A DNA stretch of 64,000 nt. Source: an uncultured Gemmatimonadales bacterium. GTDB lineage: Bacteria > Gemmatimonadota > Gemmatimonadetes > Longimicrobiales > RSA9. The notes beneath the pieces were generated by a model. The model saw only the letters and a list, made by a program, of their open reading frames with translations. It searched no databases and had not been told where the DNA came from. The stretch is from positions 1,312,001 to 1,376,000 of the forward strand of contig CAWCRS010000007.1 of assembly GCA_963798085.1 (NCBI GenBank), in the 5' to 3' direction. Numbering within the stretch: the first letter of the stretch is position 1; every line of letters starts with the position of its first letter. Positions 10,394 to 22,985 of the stretch are shown piece after piece. Made by a program: the position numbers and the translations under genes.

Positions 10394-12880
10394 ATGGACG
10401 GCAGTGGGCAGCTGCAGGGAGTGTCGCAACGCCGCGGGAAGGCATTGCGTCCCGCGCCGAACGGAATATGGAGCCGCGCTCTGCAGACGGGCTGCGCACT
10501 GCTGCTCAGCGCGGCGCTTGCGGGTGGCGTGGCGGCACAGCGACCCGCCCCGGAAGCGACCCGCGTGGGCGTGGTGCTGGACGGCGCATTGGAAACGACG
10601 CGCGCGGCGCTGGCCGCGTTCCGCGCGGAGATTGCGGCGTTCTTCGGCAATGATGCGCGTGTGTCGTTCGATTCGGCACAGGTTGCATACGCGGACTGGA
10701 CCGTGCGCGGCGTGCGTACTGCCGTCGACCGACTCTTCGCCGACCGCGCTGTCGACGTGGTGGTGGCGCTGGGCGCGCTCGGCTCGCACGAGCTGGCGCA
10801 TCGCACTGCGTTGCCCAAGCCCTCGATCGCCGCAGTCGTGATCGACGCGACGCTGCAGGGACTGCCGGCCCACGACGGTGCCAGCGGCGTTCACAACCTC
10901 ACCTACATTGATGCCGCGTACGCCACTGTGCGTACACTCGAGCAGTTCCGCAGCGTGGTGCCGTTCCGTTCACTGGCGGTGCTGGTCGAGCCGGGCCTGC
11001 CGGATGCGATTCCCGCGCTGGCCGCGCAGCTGAGGCAGCAGGCGTCGGCGCTCGGCTTTGCGGTCGACATCGTACCTGTCGCGCAGTCTGGCGTGAGCGC
11101 GCTGGCGCAGCTGCCGGCGTCCACCGATGCGGTTTACCTCGGCCCGCTTGATCGGCTCGCACCGGCCGGCTTCGACAGCCTGCTCGCGGCAGTGAAGGCG
11201 CGCCACCTGCCCACGTTCACGGTGCTCGGCCGCCAGGGCGTGGAGCGTGGCGCCCTGGCCGCGTTCGCGCCGCGCGATGAGCTGGAGCGCCGGGCGCGGC
11301 GCACCGCCGTCGACATCCAGCGCATTCGCGCAGGCGAAGATGCCGCCACGCTGCCCGTGGTCCTTGCCGCGATTCCCGAGCTGACCTTGAACATGGCCAC
11401 GGCGAGGACGATCGGTTTCGCGCCCGAGTGGCAGACGCTGATCGAAGCGGACCTCATCAATGAGCTGCCGCCCGCGCAGGGCCCGAGCTGGTCAGTCGCG
11501 AGCGCGGCGCGCGAAGCCATGCGCGTGCACAGCGATGTGCGCGCGGCGGAGCGTTACGTCGAAGCCGGCGGCGAGGAGAAGCGACGGGCGCGCTCGGCGC
11601 TGCTGCCGCAGGTCAACTTCTCCACGACGGGGACAATGGTGCGTGATGCTACGGCCGCCGCCAGCTTCGGCCAGCAGCCGGAGCGGCAGCTCACCGGGTC
11701 GCTCAACTTCTCGCAGGTGCTGATCTCCGACGATGCGTGGTCCGGCTACGCGATCGCGGGCCACCAGCAGGAAGGGCGCATCGCCGAGCTGCGGCGTACG
11801 GAAATGGACGTGGCGCTGGATGCGGCCACGGCCGGCCTCAGCGTGCTGCGCGCCCAGGCGCAGGCCCGCGTGCAGCGCGCCAACCTGCGGCGTACGCGCG
11901 CTAACCTCGAGTTGGCGAAGCTGCGCGAGATCACGGGCGCCGCCAGCCTGGCGGACGTCTACCGCTGGCAGAGCGAGCTGGCCACGGCCCGCAGCTCCGT
12001 GCTGCAGGCCGATGCACAGCTGCGCGTTGCCGAAGTCGGTCTGAACCGCATGCTCGAGCGTCCGCTCGAGGAGCCCTTCACCATTGCCGATGCAGTGCCG
12101 TCGGATTCGACGTTCCTGACCAGCGAGCCGCACATCTTCGACTACCTCGGCAATCCGGAGACCTTCCGTGTGTTCCGCGAGTTCATGGTGGGCGAAGCCG
12201 TGGCCGCTTCACCCGAGCTGCGCCAGCTGGACGCGTCGATCGCTGCGCAGCGCCGCTCGCTCCGCTCGGCATCGCGCTCGCTCTGGTGGCCCACGCTCAG
12301 CCTGCAGGCCGCCATGAGCAGCCAGTTCGCGCGCGGCGGCGCCGGCAGCACCGGCCCGCAGCTGCCCACGAACCTGGGCGGCATTTCCGCCGCGCCCGAC
12401 GAAACCTGGAGCATTCGTTTCCAGCTCTCGCGCCCCGTGTTCACCGGGATGGAGCGCGAGGCCGCCAAAGCCGAGGCCAGCCTCGAGCTGGAACGACTCA
12501 ACCTCATGCGCACATTGCTGCAGCACTCGATCGACCAGCAGATGCTGGATGCGCTGCACGTCGCGAGTGCGTCATGGGCCGGCATCCGCCAGGCGCAGGA
12601 GGCCGCGGAAGCCGCGCGCAACAATCTCGACCTGGTCACCGATGCCTATGCCCGTGGCACCGTCGCCGTGATCAGCCTCATCGATGCACAACAGGCCGCA
12701 CTCAACGCGGATCAGCGCGCGGCTGATGCGACTTACGCATTCCTCGTCGATCTCATGCGTGTCGAGCGCGCGGGCGGCGAGTTCCACTTCTTCCGCTCGC
12801 CCGAGGCGAAAGCGGATCTGTTCAAGCGTCTCGATGCATTCTTTCGCGCCGCGGGCGTGACGCCCGGCCTGGCGCGCTGA
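10394..12880 (+). CDS. Fusion of an ABC substrate-binding-like periplasmic domain and a TolC-family outer membrane protein
   Basis: RBS GAGGAG at 10382. Signal peptide. N-domain motifs LPTF..GVERGALA, IQRIRAGE, LTLNMATARTIG. C-domain with TolC repeats (RSALLPQV, RSLWWPTLSL, YARG). Confidence 0.8.
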   Translation: MDGSGQLQGVSQRRGKALRPAPNGIWSRALQTGCALLLSAALAGGVAAQRPAPEATRVGVVLDGALETTRAALAAFRAEIAAFFGNDARVSFDSAQVAYADWTVRGVRTAVDRLFADRAVDVVVALGALGSHELAHRTALPKPSIAAVVIDATLQGLPAHDGASGVHNLTYIDAAYATVRTLEQFRSVVPFRSLAVLVEPGLPDAIPALAAQLRQQASALGFAVDIVPVAQSGVSALAQLPASTDAVYLGPLDRLAPAGFDSLLAAVKARHLPTFTVLGRQGVERGALAAFAPRDELERRARRTAVDIQRIRAGEDAATLPVVLAAIPELTLNMATARTIGFAPEWQTLIEADLINELPPAQGPSWSVASAAREAMRVHSDVRAAERYVEAGGEEKRRARSALLPQVNFSTTGTMVRDATAAASFGQQPERQLTGSLNFSQVLISDDAWSGYAIAGHQQEGRIAELRRTEMDVALDAATAGLSVLRAQAQARVQRANLRRTRANLELAKLREITGAASLADVYRWQSELATARSSVLQADAQLRVAEVGLNRMLERPLEEPFTIADAVPSDSTFLTSEPHIFDYLGNPETFRVFREFMVGEAVAASPELRQLDASIAAQRRSLRSASRSLWWPTLSLQAAMSSQFARGGAGSTGPQLPTNLGGISAAPDETWSIRFQLSRPVFTGMEREAAKAEASLELERLNLMRTLLQHSIDQQMLDALHVASASWAGIRQAQEAAEAARNNLDLVTDAYARGTVAVISLIDAQQAALNADQRAADATYAFLVDLMRVERAGGEFHFFRSPEAKADLFKRLDAFFRAAGVTPGLAR

Positions 12881-12907
12881 CACTGACGATTCCGACTGGA
12901 GGTTCCT

Positions 12908-13975
12908 GTGCGATCCATTCGTGTCGTGCTCGCAGCCACCGTGGCAGGCGCATGCGCCTCCTCGGAGCCGCCGGCACACGAGCCCATCCCGGTGACCACG
13001 TACGCGGTTGCCGGTCAGACGGCGGGCGGCCGTATCCGGTACTCCGCCAGCATCAAGCCCGACGTGCAGGTCGACATCTCGTTCCGTGTCGCCGGCTACG
13101 TCGAAAGCATCCTGCAGCTGAACGGCGCCGATGGACGTGCGCGCAATGTGCAGGACGGTGACTTCGTGCCTGCCGGTACGGTGCTCGCCCGGCTGCGCAC
13201 CACCGAGTATCACGACCAGGTGGCGGAGGCGGAAGCCAGCCTCAATCAGGCGAAGGCGGACTTCAATCGCGTTTCGCTGCTGTTCGAGAATCGCTCCGCC
13301 GCACGCGCCGACTATGATGCTGCCGCTTCGCGCGTGGCTTCCTCGCAGGCGAGATACGATCAGGCCGCGATCGCGCTGAGTGATGCATCCCTGCGCGCGC
13401 CCATGGCCGGCACGGTGCTGCGCCGCAGCATTGAAGTGGGCTCGCTGGTCGCGGCGGGCTCGCCCGGATTCCAGCTGGCGGACACACGTCAGGTGAAAGC
13501 CGTGTTCGGCGTGTCCGATATTCTCGTTGCCGGGCTGCGCCTCGGCAGTGCGCAGGACATCACCACGGAAGCGGTACCGGGCGTCGTATTCCACGGCCGC
13601 ATCACGCGCGTTTCGCCCGCGGCCGATCCCGGCAGTCGCATCTTCGAAGCCGAAGTCACCATTCCCAATCCCGACAGCCGCCTGAAGCCGGGCATGATCG
13701 CGGCCATCGAGATCGCATTGTCGGACAGACTCGCTCCCACGATCACACTCCCGCTCAACGCCATTGTACGGCCGCCCGGGGAAACAGCGGGTTATGCCGT
13801 CTACGTCGTCGAGGGCGAAGGCGAGCACGGTGTGGCGCGACTGCGTCGCGTCTGCCTGGGCACAGTAACCGGCAACATGATCGGCATCACATCCGGCCTG
13901 ACCGGCGGCGAACGCGTGATCGTGCGCGGCGCCACCCTGGTTGCCGATGCGCAGGCCGTCCGCGTCATTCCCTGA
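12908..13975 (+). CDS. RND efflux periplasmic adaptor subunit (lipoprotein)
   Basis: VAGAC lipobox, SFRVAGYV, LRAPMAG, LKPGM, GLTGGERVIVRG. Confidence 0.9.
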   Translation: MRSIRVVLAATVAGACASSEPPAHEPIPVTTYAVAGQTAGGRIRYSASIKPDVQVDISFRVAGYVESILQLNGADGRARNVQDGDFVPAGTVLARLRTTEYHDQVAEAEASLNQAKADFNRVSLLFENRSAARADYDAAASRVASSQARYDQAAIALSDASLRAPMAGTVLRRSIEVGSLVAAGSPGFQLADTRQVKAVFGVSDILVAGLRLGSAQDITTEAVPGVVFHGRITRVSPAADPGSRIFEAEVTIPNPDSRLKPGMIAAIEIALSDRLAPTITLPLNAIVRPPGETAGYAVYVVEGEGEHGVARLRRVCLGTVTGNMIGITSGLTGGERVIVRGATLVADAQAVRVIP

Positions 13976-14002
13976 CCTTGAACGAGAACGGAGACCCGTC
14001 CC

Positions 14003-17000
14003 ATGTCACATCGCACGGACGAGTGGCTGATAGCCAACAAGCACAACACGGCGAGGTTCTTCACGGAGAACCGCCACATTTCATGGGTGGTCCTGGTGAT
14101 CATCCTCGGCTGGGGTCTCGCAGGCTACCTGCGCATGCCCCAGCGCAAGGATCCCGATATCCCGGTCAAGGTGGCACTGGCAATGGTGCGCTGGCCGGGC
14201 GTGCAGGCCGAGCAGGTCGAAGAGCTGGTGACCCGCCGCGTCGAGGAAGTCATTGCCGAGAACGTCAATGTCGACGTCGTGTGGTCGACGACACGCGTGG
14301 GGGCCGCCTTCGTTTACGTGCAGCTGAAGGAAGAGGTCGAGGACCCCGCCAAGCCGTTCGACGACATCATGCTGCGGCTCAATGCGATCCACGATCTGCC
14401 GCCCGGCGCCGGCCCGATCACCTTCATCAAGGACTTCGGCGCGACGTCGGCACTGATGCTGACCGTGGCCAGCCCACGCGTCGGCGAAGCGCAGATCGGT
14501 GTGCGTGCGGATGCCATCGCGGCGTCGCTGCGCGAGCTGCGCGCATCCCTGCGCGGCAGGCGCGCGAACCGCGCGGCCATCGTTTTCAACGTGCCCGCAT
14601 CCTCCACCAGCGCGGCGCTGCGCCGGCCCGCGGAAATGTTCGCGGCCGCCGCCACCAGTGACGGCGCACTGCAGGACGCACGCGTGGCCGAAGGCGCGGG
14701 TTTCGTGATCGTCGACGGCGTCACCGATGAATCCGACGCGGCCCTCGTCGCCTACGCGCAGAGCTTCCTCGAGCTGCGCCTGCGCGCCGCCGACATCCAC
14801 CCCGATGCCTGGCCGCCGGCCGTGGTGCACGACCCCGCGGACGCCTGGGCGGCGCTGCAGGCCACGGCCGGCGACAAGTACAGCTACCGCGAGATGGAGG
14901 CGTACACGGACCTGATCCGGCGCACGCTGCAGACCCTGCCCATTGTCACCAAGATCAGCCGCGACGGGCTGCTCGACGAAGAGATAACACTGTCTTACTC
15001 ACAGGAGCGGCTGGCTTCGTACGGCGTCAAGGTGGGCGGCCTGGGCAATGTGCTGAAGGCGAGGAACACGCCGGCGGCCGGTGGGCTGATCGACATTGGG
15101 GGCAAGTCGCTGGCCATTACGCCCACCGGCGAGTTTCAGCTCGGAACGGCGAGATCGGCGGTGTGATCATGGGCGCGTCCCGCTCCGGCACGCCGCTCTA
15201 CCTGCGCGACCTGGTCGAGGTGCAGCGCAGCTACACCTCGCCCGCCCGCCTGCTCAACTACTACACATGGCAGGACAGCACCGGCCACTGGCAGCGCAAT
15301 CGCGCGATCACACTGGGCGTGCAGATGCGCTCGGGCGCCAAGATCGGCGAGTTCGGCGCACAGGTTGACTCCGCGCTGCATGTGCTGCGCGCTCGCCTGC
15401 CCGAGGACCTGATCTTCGCGCGCACGTCGGACCAGCCCGTGCAGGTGAAGGAAAGCGTCGACCTGTTCATGGACAGCCTGATCGAAGCCATCGTCCTGGT
15501 CGTCATTGTCGCGCTCGTCGGCTTCATGGAGTGGCGCTCGGCCCTGCTCATGGCGCTCTCCATTCCGCTCACACTGGCGATGACGTTCGCGCATGATGTC
15601 GATGCTCGGACTCGACCTGCAGTCCGGTCCATCGCCTCGCTGATTCTCGCGCTGGGTCTGCTCGTGGACGATCCGGTCGTCGCCGGTGACGCCATCAAGC
15701 GCGACCTGGCCGCCGGACAGAAGCGCATCCACGCGGCGTGGATCGGGCCGACGCGACTGGCCACGGCCATCCTGTTCGCGACCGTGACCAACATCGTCGC
15801 CTACATTCCGTTCCTGCTGCTGCACGGCGATACCGGCCGCTTCATCTTCACGCTGCCTGTGGTGCTGACCAGCGCGCTGGTGGCTTCGCGCATTGTCTCG
15901 ATGACCTTCATTCCGCTGCTCGGCTATCACCTGCTGCGGCCGCGGCGGACACCGGAGCGCAGCATCGAGGAGCGGCGCACGCGCGGGTTCACGGGCGCGT
16001 ACTGCCGCGTCGCCACGTGGGCCATCCAGCACCGCTGGTACGTGTTCGCCGGCTCGCTTGTCGTGCTGCTCGCGGGCGGCGTGATCGGCCGGCAGCTGCG
16101 CCAGCAGTTCTTCCCGAAAGACCTGGCCGCGCTCTCGACGGTCGACATCTGGCTGCCGGAAGACGCAGCCATCTCGGCCACGCGCCAGCGCCGCGGAGGA
16201 AACCGAAGCCGTGGTGCGCGACGTCGCCGAACAGCTGTCACAGCACCACGGCAAGGCGCGGGAAGCCGCGGCCCGTGCTGCGCTCCATCACCACGTTCGT
16301 GGGCGGCGGCGGGCCGCGCTTCTGGTTCTCGAACAACCCCGAGCCGCAGCAGTCGAACTACGCGTTGCTGATCGTCGAAGTGCGGGACAAGCACGACACC
16401 GCCGCACCTGGTGGAGGCGCTGCAGCTCGCCGTCACGCGCGCGCGTGCATGGGCGCTCGCGTCGATGTGAGACAGCTGGAAAGCGGCGTGGCCGTGGGTC
16501 AGCCCGTGGCCGTGCGCATCTCGGGTGACGACATGGCGACACTGCGCGCGCAGGCCGAACGTCTGAAGTCCGTGTTCCGCGGCATTCCCGATCGCCGAGC
16601 GCGTACAGGATGACTGGGGCGCGGACGCCCTTGCCGTTCAGCTGAGCGTGGATCCCGACCGCGCCAACCTGGCCGGCCTGACCAACGCCGATGTGGCGGT
16701 CTCGACGTCGGTCGCGCTGAACGGCTACAACGTCGGCTCGCTGCGCGAAGGCGACAAGCAGATCCCGATCGTCACCCGCCTGCGCACGGAGGAGCGCGCG
16801 CAGCTGGCCGATCTGCAGAACCTCTACGTATTCTCCGTCGCAGAACGAACGCGTGCTGCCGCTGCGCCAGATCGCGTCGCTCGCCTACGGCATGCACCCG
16901 GCCAAGATCAACCGGCGGACACAGTTCCGCACCATCACAGTCGGCTGTTTTCCGATCGCGCGGGCCATCTGCCGTCGGAGGTCATCGAGCGGCCATGCCG

Positions 17001-17604
17001 CAGATCCAGCCGCTGGCCCGCGAGCTGCCGCCCGGCTTCAAGCTCGAGGTCGGCGGCGAATACAAGGAGCAGCTGAAGAGCAACCACAAGATGTCGTTCG
17101 TGATGGGCGTCTCCGTTCTCGCCATCTTCGTCGCGCTCGTCGTGCAGTTCCGCAACGCCGTCAAGCCGCTGCTCGTGTTCGGCGCGATTCCCTACGGCGT
17201 CGTGGGCGCACTCGTCGGCGCTCTGGGTGATGGGCGCGCCGTTCGGCTTCATGGCCTTCCTGGGCGTGGCCAGCCTGGTGGGCGTGATCGTGAGCCACGT
17301 GATCGTGCTCTTCGACTTCATCGAGGAAGCACGCGAGCAGGGCGAGCCGCTGAGCGAGGCGCTGCTCGATGCCGGTATCCTGCGCCTGCGCCCGGTGCAT
17401 GATCACGGTGGGCGCCACTGTGCTCGCCCTGATCCCGCTGTCGCTGCACGGCGGCCCGCTTCTGGCAGCCGCTGTGCTACGCCCAGATCGGCGGCCTGAC
17501 CTTCGCCACCTTCGTCACGCTGCTGCTGGTGCCCGGTGCTGTACGCGATCTTCGTGCTCGACCTCAAGATCGTGAAGTGGGAGACCACCACGACACACGA
17601 GTAG
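14003..17604 (+). CDS. AcrB/AcrD/AcrF-family RND transporter, broken by multiple indels after about 15130
   Basis: MPQRKDPDI, LILALGLLVDDPVV, FIFTLPVV, QFFPK, GGGPRF, SHVIVLFDFI, LRLRPV spread over successive frames. Stop TAG at 17602-17604. Confidence 0.85.
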
Positions 17605-17616
17605 TCCGCTTCATCC

Positions 17617-17644
17617 GGGCCAGGGCGGGAGACCGCCCTGGCCC
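17617..17644. other. Perfect 12-bp GC hairpin with GAGA tetraloop (possible terminator or stabiliser)
   Basis: GGGCCAGGGCGG-GAGA-CCGCCCTGGCCC just after the RND stop codon. No adjacent U-tract. Confidence 0.55.
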
Positions 17645-17680
17645 ATCGTCAGTCACCCGCGCTGGCTTTATCTTCTTTCC

Positions 17681-17870
17681 GAAATGCGTTGCTTGGGCAC
17701 GGGCTGGGCCTGGGCTGGGGACTCACGTCTGGTCCGAGTGCGTCGCACATCGGGAGCGCGGTGTCCGTCCGCGATCCGTGCGGGCTATCCGAGCAGCCTG
17801 GAGCAGAATCGAGCGACGCAATCATGCGGTGACGTGAGTTCCCAGCCCCAGCCCGAGCCCCAGAAACGGA
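17681..17870. repeat. Intergenic inverted-repeat element of the GGGCTGGG family
   Basis: Left arm ..GGGCTGGGCCTGGGCTGGGGACTCACGTC pairs with right arm GACGTGAGTTCCCAGCCCCAGCCCGAGCCC. Inner TGCGTCGC/GCGACGCA pair. Right arm resembles 3688-3712. Confidence 0.8.
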
Positions 17871-17887
17871 GTCAAACAGAGAACGCA

Positions 17888-18205
17888 ATGCCAGTCACAC
17901 GGGACAACGTCCTCGAAATCGCCGTTCTGGCCCGCCTCGATCTCTCCCCGGGCGAGATCGAGCGCTTCACGCAGCAGCTGGATGCGATCCTCGAGCACGT
18001 CGCGGAACTGCAGCGCGTGCCGGCTGCGGCGACAGCAGAAACGGAGCGTACAGGCGACCAAACTCGACTGCGCGACGACGCACCGCCGGCGGATGCGCTG
18101 CAGCGGCCGCCTGCGGCCTTCGCTCCGGGGTTCCTCGACGGTTTCTTCACCGTGCCGCGACTGGCCGGGCTCGATGCCGACGCGGATGGCGGGGCCGACG
18201 CCTGA
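17888..18205 (+). CDS. gatC: Asp/Glu-tRNA amidotransferase subunit C
   Basis: [29 protein letters not shown]; lies directly upstream of gatA. Confidence 0.9.
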   Translation: MPVTRDNVLEIAVLARLDLSPGEIERFTQQLDAILEHVAELQRVPAAATAETERTGDQTRLRDDAPPADALQRPPAAFAPGFLDGFFTVPRLAGLDADADGGADA

Positions 18206-19675
18206 TGGCGGACCCGCGCAGCCTGGCGCAGATCGCGGGCGACGCTTTGCATGGTACGGTGACCGCGCTCGCCAATACGGAAGCGGCACTCGAACGCATC
18301 CGCGCCGCGGAATCCGGCGAGGGCGCGCTGCACGCGTTCCTCGCGCTGGCCAATGACACGGCGTTAGCAGAAGCGCGGGCGCTGGACCGCCGGCTCAGGG
18401 AGGACCCGTCGTCGTCTGCACCCCTTGCCGGTGTCACGGTTGCGCTCAAGGACAACCTGTGCACGCTGGACCTGCCCACCACCTGTGGCTCGCGCATCCT
18501 CGAGGGGTTCCGCTCGCCCTACGAGGCCACGGTGGTGCGCAGGCTGCGCGCGGCCGGCGCGATTGTCATCGGCAAGACCAACCTGGACGAGTTCGCCATG
18601 GGCTCGTCCACCGAGAACTCCGCGTTCGGGCCGACCCGCAACCCGCACGACCTGCGGCGTGTGCCGGGCGGTTCCTCCGGTGGCTCCGCCGCAGCGGTCG
18701 CGGCCGGGCTCGTGCCCGCCGCGCTCGGTTCCGACACCGGCGGCTCGGTACGCCAGCCGGCGGCGCTCTGCGGCGTGGTCGGCATCAAGCCGACGTATGG
18801 CCGCGTCAGCCGCTACGGTCTCGTCGCCTTCGCATCATCGCTCGATCAGGTCGGGCACCTTCGGCGCGCACGGTTCACGATGCTGCACTGCTGCTGGATG
18901 TGATCGCGGGTGAGGACCCGCTGCGACGCAACTTCCGCCGCGCGCCGACGGAGGATTTCGCGAGGCGCAACGCGGCGTGCAGTTGAGGGTCTGCGTGATT
19001 GGTGTGCCCGCCGAGTATTTCGGCAAGGGCCTGGACCCGCGCGTCGCGCACTGTCTGCGGCACGGCGATTGCGCGCGCTGCAGGATGCGGGCGCGCAGCT
19101 GCGCGAGATCTCGCTGCCGCACACGCCCTGGGCGATGCCCGCGTACTACGTGATCGCGCCCGCCGAGGCGCGCAGCAACCTGGCGCGCTACGATGGCGTG
19201 CGCTACGGCCCGCGCGCGCAGCTGGCGCACGCGGCGGCCACGCGCGAGCTGTACGTGCGCACGCGATCGCGCTGGCTTCGGCGCCGAGGTCAAGCGCCGC
19301 ATCATGCTGGGCACGTTCGCGCTCGCAGCCGGCTATCAGGATCGAGTACTACGGCCAGGCACAACGCGTGCGCCGGGCACTGATCGCGCGCGATTTGCGT
19401 GCCGCCTTCGCTGCCGGCGTGGACGCTGATCTTCACACCTACCACGCCGTCGCCGGCGTTCCGGCTCGGCGAGACGAGTCGAGGACCCGTACGCGATGTA
19501 CCTCTCCGACGTGTACACGGTCACCGCCAACCTCGCGGGCGTGCCTGCGGTTTCCGTACCGATTGGCGCAGTCGACGGCCTGCCCGTGGGCGGCCAGATC
19601 ATGGCGCGATCACTGGCGCGAGGACTGTCGATGCTGCGCTGTGGCCGGCGCGCTCGGAACGCGGAGCGCCCGCGC

Positions 19676-19680
<5 letters not shown>
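18205..19680 (+). CDS. gatA: Asp/Glu-tRNA amidotransferase subunit A (multiple indels after about 18855)
   Basis: [65 protein letters not shown] across frames. End is approximate. Confidence 0.9.
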
Positions 19681-21121
<1,441 letters not shown>

Positions 21122-21132
<11 letters not shown>

Positions 21133-22096
21133 GGCTGCATCGGGGCCGCGCGTTCGATTGCGGCGATCGGGCAGCCGCTGGTCCCAGTGGCCCAGCTCCA
21201 CGGCGGGCAGCGGAAAGAAATCATCGGCCAGGTTCTGCAGGATGCCGGGCAGGCCCGCGCGTTCTCGCGCAATGCCAGCCGTCGCACCTTCTTCGCCAGG
21301 CCCGAGATTGAACTCGCCCGATCGGATCCAGCGCGGCTGGATGGGATTCGCTGCGTCGCAGCAGATAGTCCACTACGAAGTCGAAGGAAAGTGACATGAT
21401 ACGTCCGACACCGTCGCATCCGAAAGATCCCAGCGCGAACTCTGCAGCACCCTGTCGAATGCTGCACGCCAGCGGTCATTGTCCTGCACGCGGATCATGC
21501 CGCGGAAAATCCTGCGGTTCGTTTCGAACGAGAAGATCGTGCCGCTCAGTACGCTGTCGAACAGGTTGTCAGCTTCGGAATGATCGTATTCCATGACCAC
21601 CTCGCGCGCGGCCGCGGAGATACGATTCGCCGAGGTGCACATCCATGCGGTGTTCCCAGTAGCTGTGACCCAGCGCCTTTGTGCTGCTCGTGAGCAGCAG
21701 CTGCCGCGGCACGAAGAAATTGTGCGCGATCGTGTCCGCGGCGAGGTGGCTGAGATAACCGTAGGCTACAGCGCGCAGCCGGTCATTGTCGCGCGTTGTC
21801 GAGGATCTCCTCGCCCACGTGCCAGAAATGGCAGTGCCGGCCCGCCGGGACGTACTTCTTGGCGAAGGAAATGTCGGCGGCCATGGAACCGTACAGGAAG
21901 CTCTGCGGGTGCACGCGGATCAGGTCGGCTGAGCCACGGTGGCAGCAGGATAGAGGCTGTCCAGCAGGCTGCGTCCAAGGAAGATGTGTGTGGCAGGTCC
22001 GAACGCCCACGCGTGCTGCGGCAGCAGGGCCATCAGCAGCAGCGCCGCCACGCCGACACCGAGTACCCGCAGCCACCGCCGGTTGCGTGAGGACAC
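21122..22096 (-). CDS. Zinc-dependent phospholipase C family protein with signal peptide (multiple indels)
   Basis: Signal peptide ending AWA/FGPATH, FLYGSMAAD, HCHFW, GYLSHLAADTIAHN, HSYWE in shifting frames. Boundaries are approximate. Confidence 0.72.
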
Positions 22097-22104
22097 GCCG
22101 GGCC

Positions 22105-22359
22105 TCAGGAGCCTGCGTCCAGCTGCTTCGCCTGGCGCAGCACGGCGCGCAACTCGCGCACGTAGCGCTTCGATGCACGCCGCGCGCGATAGCCGTGCAG
22201 CCCCACACGCTCCAGCGCGCCCGTCAGCTCGTCGTCTTCGTCAGGCCGCAGCAGCAGCGTCACGCCCACGCCTACCAGTGCGCCAATGAAGAACGCGACG
22301 GTGGCGTCCGTCAGACCGGTGCGCGGCTCACGCATCGCGAGCTTCGAACTCGGGCTCAC
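22105..22359 (-). CDS. YtxH-like small membrane protein
   Basis: FFIGALVGVGVTLLLRP matches the YtxH N-terminal hydrophobic motif. Follows a DUF948-like gene. Confidence 0.65.
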   Translation of the reverse strand: MSPSSKLAMREPRTGLTDATVAFFIGALVGVGVTLLLRPDEDDELTGALERVGLHGYRARRASKRYVRELRAVLRQAKQLDAGS

Positions 22360-22972
22360 TCACGGCTTCCATTGCCGACAGATCATCGTCATCCCCTTCT
22401 CCGGGCTCGCGATCCTCTTCGACTTCGGGTTCCGGCAGGCGCTCCACCCCATCACGAGGTACCCGGGAAGCCAGTGGCCGGCGACGACGGCTGCCACGCG
22501 CCGCGCGCAGCGATTCCGCCGTTGCGTGAATGCCGCGCGCCGTGGCCGCCGTGTCCAGCAGGATCTCTTCGGCTTCCGCCTTCACCACATCGAGCACCGC
22601 GCCAAATTCACGCACACGCGTTTCCGCCGCTTCCGTGCCTTCCCGTAATGCCTTGTTCAGATGCTCCACTGTCTTCATCAGATCCTTCGCACGATGGCGC
22701 ACCTCATCCGTCACGCCACGCGCGTCTTCCGTGATACGCGTCAGGTTCGCGACCAGCGGCTCGGTGTGCGGGCCCAGCCGCTCCAGCTGCCTGTCGATCC
22801 GGCCCACGACCCGGTTCATCGAGCGAATCAGGAACAGCGCCGCTACCGTGAGCCCCAACGCCATGATGCCGAGCAGCAGCATGACCCAGGAGGTGATCGT
22901 CTGCGCCGTTGCGATACGGCCCAGCACTGCCACCACCGCGTCCGGCTGCTGCATGCTCAGCGGCAATCCCAT
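22328..22972 (-). CDS. DUF948/YoxC-like membrane-anchored coiled-coil protein
   Basis: Single TM segment followed by a long amphipathic helical region; adjacent to a YtxH-like gene. Confidence 0.6.
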   Translation of the reverse strand: MGLPLSMQQPDAVVAVLGRIATAQTITSWVMLLLGIMALGLTVAALFLIRSMNRVVGRIDRQLERLGPHTEPLVANLTRITEDARGVTDEVRHRAKDLMKTVEHLNKALREGTEAAETRVREFGAVLDVVKAEAEEILLDTAATARGIHATAESLRAARGSRRRRPLASRVPRDGVERLPEPEVEEDREPGEGDDDDLSAMEAVSEPEFEARDA

Positions 22973-22985
22973 TCCACCCGGTCCT

